From: Octopus sinensis
Lineage: Eukaryota
Direction of reading: 5' to 3'
DNA length: 31,167 bases
Assembly: GCF_006345805.1 (NCBI RefSeq)
Contig: NW_021832307.1
Location: 1 to 31,167 of the forward strand
Under the pieces are notes generated by a model that was given only the letters and a program-made list of their open reading frames with translations, was not told the origin of the DNA and did no database searches. A program made the translations under genes and the position numbers. Numbering within the stretch: the stretch's first letter is position 1; each line of letters starts with the position of its first letter. Positions 22,368-31,167 of this stretch are shown one piece after another.

Positions 22368-23059
22368 AATTTAATTTAATATTTAAATGTAATGGAGTCT
22401 GTCTAATTTTAGCTGTTAATAATTCTCAAATTTGAAACTTGTAGTTCTAATTTTTATGTTTTAATCTTCTCCGATTGCCACACTTTGTTATTGACACGTT
22501 TCTAATTTAAGTGTTCTACTCGAGAAGTTATACAGACTTTAAATGGCAAACAATTCTCAATAAAACTTACTTTTTCTTTTCTTTTTTTTTTCTCCAAGTA
22601 CAAAAAGAGTGAGCCAGCTATAGTATTTGCTGGGAAAATTTGGTGAAACAAAAAAACGTCTTGCTGATGAAGTCAGATTAAGGCGGAAACAACTTAGAGG
22701 TGATGCCCCTTAATAACAGGGAAAATAAATTTAATCCTTAAATATTTAAAACTGTAATGGTGTCTGTCTAATTTTAGCTGTTTAATAATTCTCCGATTTG
22801 TCCACACTTTGTTATTGACACTCACGCTTCTAATTTAAGTGTTCTACTCGAGAAGTTATACAGACTTTAAATGGCAAACAATTCTCAATAAAACTTACGT
22901 TTTCTTTTCTTTTTTCTTTTTCTCCAAGTACAAAAAGAGTGAGCCAGCTATAGTATTTGCTGGGAAAATTTGGTGAAACAAAAAAACGTCTTGCTGATGA
23001 AGTCAGATTAAGGCGGAAACAATTTAGAGGTGATGCCCCTTAATAACAGGAAAAATAAA
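22368..23059 (+). repeat. Head-to-tail tandem duplication (22368-22727 / 22728-23059) of an unclassified AT-rich repeat
   Basis: The 3' ~230 bp are almost identical between units; copy 1 has 44 extra nt between TTCTC repeats (22423-22471). A third diverged copy lies at ~26550-26830. Confidence 0.93.
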
Positions 23060-23092
23060 AACAATTATGAGATTATCTGCCCTATAAGCCAA

Positions 23093-23508
23093 TACTCTTT
23101 TACTCTTTTACTTGTTTCAGTCATTTGACTGTGGCCATGTTGGAGCACCGCCTTTTTTTTGGTCGAGCAAATCGACCCCAGGACTATTCTTTGTAAACCT
23201 AGAACTTATTCTATCGGTCTCTTTTGCCGAATCGCTAAGCTACGGGGACTTAAACACACCAGCATCGGTTGTCAAGCGATGTTAGGGGTACAAACACAGA
23301 CACACAAACATATACACACACATACACATATATATACATATATACGATGGGCTCCTTTCAGTTTCCATCAACCAAATCCACTCACAAGGCGTTGGTCGGC
23401 CTGAGGCTATAGTAGAAGACACTTTCCCAAGGTGCCACGCAGTGGGACTGAACCCGGAACCATGTGGTTGGTAAGCAAGCTACTTACCACACAGCCACAC
23501 CTACGCCT
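23093..23508 (-). mobile_element. SINE family A, full length
   Basis: Reverse complement of the 20413-20823 family along its whole length. Confidence 0.95.
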
Positions 23509-23949
23509 AATGAATGGTTTACTTTCAACTCATAATTATTTCTAATTGTTTTATTTTCCATGTGGATGATGCCACTTAATTATTTATTCTCAAATTAATT
23601 CACTTTTCTACGCCATTTCCTTACGGATTTACATTTGTGTGTGTTGGTCACAGACTACTAAATCTATTTTGGTTCATTTCAAGGATAATCGAGAAAACCA
23701 TTATTTTGTATTTCTTGATCTCACCCTTGTCTAGATTGACCATGACCAACCTTGGATAACGTTCACTTTGAACCACTGTGGGTTTTTTTTTTGTTTGTTT
23801 GTTTAGATGGTAATGGTCCTGGCTGGAAAGCAGGGACAGCTAACGGGTCCCAAATAACACAGTAGCGTTGCTCCTTGTGATGTCAACGTGATTACAGAGG
23901 ATCGATCGGTTGTTGCGGTTGTTGTAGTTATTGTTGTCGATGATGATGA

Positions 23950-24035
23950 TGATGTTTAAACAATAGAGACTTATCCTAGGCTGAATTATCCAATCCGACC
24001 TTTTGTATTACGATCTGGCTGATATTTCTAGCATG
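23950..24035 (-). mobile_element. Family D fragment
   Basis: TGGCTGATATTTCTAGCA (24016-24033) is the reverse complement of the family D motif. Confidence 0.4.
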
Positions 24036-24755
24036 AGGATGGACCAAACATAGACGGTCTGTTTATTTTTTTGTCATGACAGGAAGGGCAAACTGTAAGT
24101 AAAAGAAACTCACTGTGGCCCTATAATTTCTGCTACTGACACTTTAAACGTACGACCCATAAATCAGAGTAATGTCTCCTCACTATTTCGGGTCTGAATG
24201 GGTCGGTCTAGATGCGATGATTCAGTACATTTTATATTTGAATATAATTGATATTTCTCCATCTTCGAACAGCTTCCTCATTGTATCAACATGCAATGTT
24301 ACAAAGTTAAACGTGTCTCTTTTCTGATGATGAAATCGATAAGCCGAAACTGAATGGAATCGATATCTGGTTGTTATTGGCGACAGTGTGGAGGGCACAC
24401 TCAGAATTTGGCGTGTCTTCTTTCTAAATCAACGATTAATTCATCATAAAAACAGGACTTTATTGATACAAGAAAAGCCAGTGACTGACTTAACCTCCAT
24501 CCCACAGACGTCCCGATGTGTGGTCATAAAAAAACTAACAAGCACTTTGCTGTGTTGTCTTTTTATGGCTGACTGACCAGCTTCAATGGTTTACATACTC
24601 CTTAAATTCTGTAAGCAGTCCAGTGAAACAGTGCACAGTCAACAGAAGCGATTCGCACAGACATCAAGGCGGGATGGGTTTATCGTTTACTCTATCTGCG
24701 TGGCTGTTGAAGGCGTTACTCTATGTGCGTGTGTATCTGTACTGTATGAAATACT

Positions 24756-24799
<44 letters not shown>

Positions 24800-24802
<3 letters not shown>

Positions 24803-25189
24803 CGCAGGAGTGGCTGTGTGGTAAGTAGCTTGCTAACCAGCCACATGGTTCCGGGTTCAGTCCCACTGCGTGGCATCTTGCTATAGCCCCGGGCCGACCA
24901 ATGCCTTGTGAGTGGATTTGGTAGACGGAAACTGAAAGAAGCCTGTCGTATATATGTATATATATATATGTGTGTGTTTGTGTGTCTGTGTTTGTCCCCC
25001 TAACATTGCTTGACAACCGATGCTGGTGTGTTTACGCCCCGTGAGTTAGCGGTTCGGCAAAAAAGAGACCGATAGAATAAGTACTGGGCTTACAAAGAAT
25101 AAGTCCCGGGGTCGATTTGCTCGACTAAAGGCGGTGCTCCAGCATGGCCGCAATCAAATGACTGAAACAAGTAAAAGAGTAAAAGAGTA
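24800..25189 (+). mobile_element. SINE family A, near full length, 15-bp deletion in the core
   Basis: Shares diagnostic bases with 20413 (GGCATCTT, CCCCGGGCCGACCAATGCC, GAAGCCTGTCG); (TA)n on both sides. Confidence 0.95.
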
Positions 25190-25194
25190 TATAC

Positions 25195-25243
<49 letters not shown>

Positions 25244-25610
25244 ATATATATTTACATTCACACACACATCAGGCCTAATACTTACATGCATGTATATATA
25301 AACTTTAACCGGAAGAAAGTTACAAATCTGACTCAAGGACCTAGAGTTTCGTTTATGACACTTATCAAACTCACCAAATATCGTTGCTATTATGTTAAAC
25401 TATCGTATGTCCTAATTTGGTCAAATGCGTTTTTCTTTTCACCATTACAGTATTAAATATTTAAGGATTAGCAGGTCCTTTTGGTCAAACTATCGAAACT
25501 CCAGCTGTTTCAGATACTGAGATATCAAAAATTATCGAACTTACGACACTTTTGCGTAATCTCAACAATATGTATGCATGTATATACCTATGTATATATT
25601 CATGTGTGTA

Positions 25611-25682
<72 letters not shown>

Positions 25683-25684
25683 CT

Positions 25685-25726
<42 letters not shown>

Positions 25727-25728
25727 CT

Positions 25729-25779
<51 letters not shown>

Positions 25780-25810
25780 GTCTGTCTGTCTGTCAGTCTG
25801 TCTGTCTGTC
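25611..25810. repeat. (TATC)n then (TGTC)n microsatellite
   Basis: Direct reading; the same TCCTTC interruption occurs at 25681 and 25725. Confidence 0.97.
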
Positions 25811-25934
25811 TATCTAGCTATTTATGTATCTATCAATCTAGCTAGCTATGTAAGTATGTACGTATGTATAAAGCACTGGAATTAATTTCTTTGATTAAAA
25901 CTCTTGAAGTCGATGCCCCAGCATGGCACAAGGG

Positions 25935-26078
25935 TCTTGAAGGGTTTCAGTCAAACCAATGGATTCAAGTTTTTATTTTCCTTAATGCCTAGTTTTCTAT
26001 CGGTCTCTTTTGCCAAACAGGTAAGTTACGAGGACATACACAAGCCAACGCCGATTGACAAGCAGTGGACGGGATATA

Positions 26079-26123
<45 letters not shown>

Positions 26124-26286
26124 GACACACATACACACTCATGAGACAGCTTAAGCTTATATATATATATATATATGTGTGTGTATATATATATACACAA
26201 CGGGCTTCTTTCAGTTTCCCTCTACCACATACGCTCATAACGCTTTGATCGGGCCAAGGTTATAATAGAAAACACTTGTCTTGGGT
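25935..26286 (-). mobile_element. SINE family A, diverged, headless, expanded internal microsatellite
   Basis: TTCTATCGGTCTCTTTTGCC...AAGTTACGAGGAC...GACAAGC and CGGGCTTCTTTCAGTTTCC...ATAATAGAAAACACTTGTC match minus-strand family A. Confidence 0.8.
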
Positions 26287-26389
26287 GTATACTTATACAT
26301 ATATGTACTCGTGTCTTGAGTTATATTCTTACAATTTCTTCTACAAACCTACGAGTGTATATTTCATATACATACATACACACACACAC

Positions 26390-26444
<55 letters not shown>

Positions 26445-26475
26445 AATATACATGTGTTTGTGTCAGCAAGTTGAA

Positions 26476-26830
26476 GAGAACTTCAGCTGAGTTCGGAGCT
26501 GAGACAGCTTAAGCTAATATTTAAAAAATATAATTTATATTTTAAAAATGACATTTGATCCTCAAATATTTACTACTGTAATGGTGTCTGTCTAATTTGA
26601 GTTGTTTAACAATTCTTCTGCTTGTTCTCACTTTGTTTTTGACTCTCACATTTCCAAATTAAGCGTTCAGCACTAGAACTCACACAGATTTTACACGACA
26701 AAGAATTCTCAATAAAACTTGCCTTTTCTCTCTCAAGATGTAAAGACTTTGTATTTTCAGTGTGAGTCAGCTATGGCAATTTCCGGGAAAATTTGATGGT
26801 AACAATGACTCACTAACGAAGTCAGATTAA
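26476..26830 (+). repeat. Third, diverged copy of the repeat at 22311-23059
   Basis: GCTGAGACAGCTTAAG, CTGTAATGGTGTCTGTCTAATTT, AATTCTCAATAAAACTT, GGGAAAATTTG and GAAGTCAGATTAA occur in the same order. Confidence 0.85.
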
Positions 26831-26862
26831 TGTTTTACAAGCTAGAAATGTTTTAGAAGCAG

Positions 26863-27382
26863 TGGTGGCCAGATAAGATGTTCAATTTCACTAGAATGTT
26901 CCTCGGGCCATTCAGTAACAACTTTAGCTGTGTGAATTGGTGCATTATCATCCTGAAAATTGCGTTTCCCTCCGGAATCAATTCCTCAACCATAAGATGA
27001 ATTTGATCAGATAAAATGCTTAAATAGTCTTGACTATTAATTCTGCCATTAAGGGAAATCACTGGACCAGCGGATTTCCAAGATGCAGCTTCATCCCCCC
27101 CCAGATCATCACAGATCCTCCTCCATGTTTAACAGTTGGAACAAGGCAGTCTGGGTCAAATGCTTCTTTTGGCTGTCTCTACACGTATACTCGGCCAGTG
27201 GTTGGAAATAAGGTAAAAGATGACTCGTCCGAGAAAATAACATTCTTCCATTGCTCTAGGGACCAATTCTGCAGGTTTTTACTTCACTCTAATCGCTTTG
27301 CAACGTTTATATTTGAAAGTAGTGGTTTTCTGATTGCAGCCCTCCTGTGAAATCCGGCTTTGTGCATCTCCTGGCGAACAGT
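26863..27382 (-). pseudogene. Tc1-family DDE transposase fragment (disrupted)
   Basis: Hand translation: TVRQEMHKAGFHRRAAIRKPLLS..KRLE*SK..WSLEQWKNVIFSDESSF (27221-27235)..RVYV*RQPKE..PTVKHGGGSVMIWGG /fs/ ..GRINSQDYLSIL..AIF /fs/ QDDNAPIHTA (26938-26955)..HLIWPP. These are classic Tc1 motifs; 2 stops, 2 frameshifts, truncated before SPDLNPIE. Confidence 0.95.
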
Positions 27383-27498
27383 AAAAACTTGGTGTGGCTA
27401 AAAATATTTTTAAAAAACATCCATAGGTATAATAGATATTGTAAGACTGCAAATTAACAATGTAGGGGAGAGATAAGGCTGGGACAAGGTAGCAAAGA

Positions 27499-27543
<45 letters not shown>

Positions 27544-27608
27544 TATATATATATGTGTGGTGTGTGTGTGTGTGTGTGTGTGTGTGTTGTGTGTGTGCAT
27601 ATATATAT

Positions 27609-27692
<84 letters not shown>
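27609..27692. repeat. (TAGA)n microsatellite
   Basis: About 21 perfect units. Confidence 0.97.
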
Positions 27693-27704
27693 CATATATA
27701 AGTA

Positions 27705-27801
27705 TGGCTGTGTGGTAAGAAGCTTTCTTCCCAACCACATGGTTCCGAGTTCAGCCTCACTGCGTGGCACCTTGGGCAAGTGTCTTAGCCACGCCTGCTT
27801 C

Positions 27802-27802
<1 letters not shown>
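27705..27802 (+). mobile_element. SINE family A head fused to an inverted 5' tip
   Basis: Sense head at 27705-27786, then AGCCACGCCTGCTTCT (27787-27802), the reverse complement of the family's 5' end. Confidence 0.8.
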
Positions 27803-27837
<35 letters not shown>

Positions 27838-27869
27838 ATATATACAGAGAGAGAGAGAGAGATGTATGC

Positions 27870-27920
<51 letters not shown>

Positions 27921-27964
27921 GTGTGTGTGTGTGCGTGCGTGTGTGTGCGTGCAGATGTGAAGTG

Positions 27965-28024
27965 TTTATATATTAATGTTTGAAGGGTATACAGTGTATA
28001 ACCCTTCAGGCATTAATATATAAA
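27965..28024 (+). other. 60-nt near-perfect hairpin
   Basis: 28-bp stem (two U-G wobbles, one bulged A at 28001) with a 3-nt loop AGT (27993-27995). Confidence 0.85.
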
Positions 28025-29511
28025 TAACACAAGATCCTCTCCTGATCAGCCAAGTAACGAAGTTCGTTACATGAGTGACCATCTTGTCCACTTTGTTCAA
28101 CCCCGTGAGCAGAGATCTGGAGGGATTGTTGACTAAAAGGACGTCCAATGCAGCAGAGAGATCTGGCGGGATTATGAACAAAGGAATCACAACGTTTAGG
28201 GAACTAAGGGACTGGGAACAAGGAAGGAAACTCAAAGCAACAAAGGATTTTTACCTAGGTTTTCGCTTCTTTTCCTGTCTTCTTTCGTATTTATTTTTTA
28301 ATCTTATCGTCCCTGTTGGCACGCGATGTAAGGTAAATCTACTACTACTACTACTACTACTACTAGAGTTGTTGTTAAGGTTGCTGTTGTTCTTGTTGTT
28401 GCAAAGGCGTGGCGTGTGGATTTTTAATGCTTGATGGATCACAGACGTGAAGGTAGTGGTGTAAGGGAGAAAATAAGAGAGAGAGACAGAGAGGGGGTAC
28501 AAAAGAAGGCAGTAATTTCTGTGTAAGACTGCCTCCTCCCCTCCTTCTCTTCCTCCCCTCCTTCTCTTCCTCCTCCTCCTTCCCTTCTGACTGTTTGTCT
28601 CGAACCACACTTTAACAACAAGTCAGGTTATTTTTGTTATATGAAGCATGCCTAATTGAGCTCTAATGGAGGCTTAATTAGTAGTCTGCAGTTTGCGGTG
28701 GGAGTGGAGGGTGTCTATGTCCTTCCGTGTGTGTGTATGTGCGTGTGTATGTGCGTGTGTGTGTGCGTGTGTGTGTGCGTGTGTGTGTGTATGAGTGTGT
28801 GTGTGTCTACTTACACTGACAGTAAATTGGTTGACTTTTGGGATGCAGTGAAAAAATTTCCTTTCTTGTTGTTTTTTGTCGTTATTGCTTCTGTTGTTGT
28901 TCTTGTTATTGTTGCTATTATGGTTAGAGTCGCTGCTGCTGCTGCTGTTGATGATAATATTGTTGATAAAGATGATGATGTTGTTTAAACGCAGTCTTTC
29001 CTTTTCTTTATTCAAAAAATCATAAACTTCCCAGTCATGAATATTGCGTTTTGTTGTCAGAGGTTCCTGCGATTAAATTGAAATCGGATTAGACGTTATC
29101 CGGACAATATGTAATCCGAACTACATATGTGAGATCTACTTTTTTTTCCATTCACAAAATATGCATTTTTTTTAAAAGACAGCAAAATGTCTGAAAATCG
29201 GCTATAATAATATAGTTTTCCAGTCTAATTGCTATGAAGATATGATATTGTGGAGAAAAAAAATGAAGGAAAAAGTTACAGAGGTTTAAAATTCGAAGAA
29301 ACTGTGTATTTTTAGCCAATAACGAGACAGAAATTTTCTTCGTTTAGCCGAGCGGTGTCAACTTTAAGGTTGTATCCTGTGAAATTTATAGTTTAGCGTC
29401 TGTGAAATGACCTGTTCATTGTAGGTTTCTAAATAAACAGAAATGTCTGATAAAATCAACATGTATCCATCTTACTGTTTCTTTTGTCTCTTCATTGATT
29501 GTATGTTTTTA

Positions 29512-29637
29512 TTACTTCCTTTACTCATTTACTTGTTTCAGTCATTTGACTGCGGCTATGCTGGAGCACCGCCTTTAGTCGAGCAAATCGACCCCAGGAC
29601 TTATTCTTTGGAAGCCTAGTACTTATTCTATCGGTCT
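29512..29637 (-). mobile_element. SINE family A, 3' fragment
   Basis: ACTTGTTTCAGTCATTTGACTGCGGCTATGCTGGAGCACCGCCTTTAGTCGAGCAAATCGACCCC is the reverse complement of the family A tail. Confidence 0.92.
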
Positions 29638-29689
29638 TGTTTGTATTCAACCCTGATTGAGTCGACAGATCTATGATGGAAGCTATTCC

Positions 29690-29785
29690 ATGTACTCCTA
29701 GATACACTATGCCTGAATAAAAGACGGTATGTTCGTGGTTGGGGCGTCTTTAACAATACGTGCGTTCGATCAGGGCTGACTGGGG
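29690..29785 (+). mobile_element. Family D 3' fragment
   Basis: CCTAGATACACTATGCCTG...CGATCAGGGCTGAC; weak similarity to 14340-14400 plus recollection of the Octopus repeat. Confidence 0.4.
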
Positions 29786-29952
29786 GGGTGTATGTATGTG
29801 AGAGTGGTAAACACCAACAACAGCAATAATGTGATTTCTGTTGATCTTCTACAACCAAACCAAGGAAATCCTGTTCTCATTGATTGATCAAATTACTCCC
29901 CCTCTATGGTGACAATTCCTGACAAAATTGTCGCTATTTTTAAAAGATACGG

Positions 29953-30396
29953 TGAGATTTGAACTCAGAATGTACATAACCGGAGCAGATATCACCAGGC
30001 AACCTGTCAGGCATTCTAACAATGCTACAAGTTGACCACTTTCTTGTACATTTTTATCAACCCCGAAAGTATAAATGGCAAAGTTCGCTTAGGCAGGATT
30101 CGAACTCAGAAGACAGAGAAAACAAATACCACTGCGACATTCTACCCAACAATTTAACGACTCCGCCAACTAATCATCTTCTACAGCAATACCAACTCCT
30201 ATTGATATCGCTTTCAAATTTTGGCTCAAGACCAACAATTTTGGGGGAGGGTATCAGTTGATTACGTAGACCACGGTGATCAACTGGTAAAGGCAAAGTC
30301 GACCTCAGGGGAATTTGAACTCAGAACGTAAGGACGAGCGAAATTATGCCAGGTATTTTGTATGACGCTCAACCGATCTTGCCAACACGCCTCCTT
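29953..30396 (-). mobile_element. Three degenerate SINE family B copies in tandem (29953-30028, 30044-30172, 30211-30396)
   Basis: Each has the minus-strand B box (GATTTGAACTCAGAA, GATTCGAACTCAGAA, GAATTTGAACTCAGAA). Confidence 0.75.
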
Positions 30397-30423
30397 AACT
30401 CCTATTAATATTACTCTCTATAT

Positions 30424-30963
30424 AGCGACGAGCTGGCAGAATCGTTAGAGAGTCAGACAAAATGTCTTGCAGTATTTCATATTACTCTTTACATTCTGAG
30501 TTCAAATTTCGCCGTGGACATCTTAGCTTTTCATCCTTTCAAAGACGACAAATTTGAATGGAATTGCTACAGCGTCCAGCCTTGTGCTATTTCATCCGAT
30601 TATTTACGTTTTGAGTTCAAATTTGACCGTGATCTTCTTGGCTGGTGGACATAATTCTTCACCCAGTTTAAAACCATTATCTGGTGAAATCTATGCTTTT
30701 TGGAAGCCTTTATACTAGGGATCTGATTCAAGGACACCTCCTTACTGCCCATCAATTTTAAAGAGACCCTATAAAGGGGCACGACATTCTCTTCAATCCT
30801 GAATAGGCGATACGATTTCGTAAGTCAAACTATTGCTATTTTAAGAAGAGGCGAGCTGGCAGAACCGTTAGCACGCCGGGCGAAATGCGTAGCCGTATTT
30901 CGTGTGCCGTTACGTTCTGAGTTCAAATTCCACCGAGGTCGACTTTGCCTTTCATCCTTTCGG
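30424..30963 (+). mobile_element. Three SINE family B heads (30424-30552, 30568-30631, 30848-30963)
   Basis: GCGAGCTGGCAGAA heads and GAGTTCAAATT B boxes; the last copy is well preserved and truncated in the central domain. Confidence 0.85.
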
Positions 30964-30972
30964 TGAGGACAA

Positions 30973-31050
30973 TGTTGTTGTTATTTTACCCCAGGCTAAT
31001 TCTGGTTTGCGACGATGTTCCAGGCATGACCACCCCGTCATACTCCTTTT
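30973..31050 (-). mobile_element. Family D 3' tail fragment
   Basis: (TGT)n then TTCCAGGCATGACCACCCC, the reverse complement of ATGGTCACGGCTGGA at ~14379. Confidence 0.5.
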
Positions 31051-31167
31051 CTTCAGATGGCGTTCTGTGTTTGTGGTTGTGATGGTGATGACGGTGGGGG
31101 CGAGGGTAAGATAATACAGAAATTAATTTAGATATTTCTGTGACACACCAAAACCATTTTATCTTGT

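Noticed and set aside
22664-22690. CTGATGA...GAAAC hammerhead-like spacing (also in the duplicate unit)
   Set aside because: Stem II does not close properly, the would-be cleavage triplet is GUG, and the third copy of the repeat lacks the motif.
24324-24350. CTGATGA...GAAAC
   Set aside because: No stem II pairing and no usable stems I or III; chance in AT-rich DNA.
24581-24610. 30-nt microexon candidate (CAG|...|GTAAGC)
   Set aside because: A single splice-like pair with a weak exonic donor context; expected by chance without junction reads.
28054-28070. Palindrome GTAACGAA-G-TTCGTTAC
   Set aside because: An 8-bp-arm palindrome is expected about 0.5 times in 31 kb by chance.
1-31167. Most ORFs in the six-frame track (poly-YI, VC, HT, LSIY, SL, poly-V/I/S)
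   Set aside because: They are translations of di-, tri- and tetranucleotide microsatellites with no domain motifs.
1-31167. CRISPR array, operon or other prokaryotic system
   Set aside because: No regularly spaced repeats with unique spacers, no long ORFs; the composition is that of animal non-coding DNA.

Overview
Eukaryotic, AT-rich, microsatellite-saturated non-coding DNA (intron or intergenic). The repeat families match my recollection of Octopus (coleoid cephalopod) genomic repeats; this assignment is unverified. I cannot support any intact protein-coding gene, rRNA, real tRNA or CRISPR array, and nearly all ORFs in the supplied track are translations of microsatellites. What the sequence does support: (i) about 25 copies or fragments of three tRNA-derived SINE families, here labelled A, B and C, including three young family-C copies with perfect 10-13 bp target-site duplications; (ii) a fourth degenerate interspersed repeat (D); (iii) a disrupted Tc1-type DDE transposase fragment at 26863-27382 (-); (iv) a Tigger/pogo-like MITE at 10031-10284; (v) a probable TTAA-type non-autonomous element; (vi) probable Penelope-like terminal fragments, two with a hammerhead-ribozyme-like core; (vii) a ~350-bp tandem duplication with a third dispersed copy. 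The best leads are the hammerhead-like motifs, a 60-nt near-perfect hairpin at 27965-28024, the target-site and tail-swapping patterns of the SINEs, and two candidate regulatory motif clusters. I found no convincing new multi-gene system.
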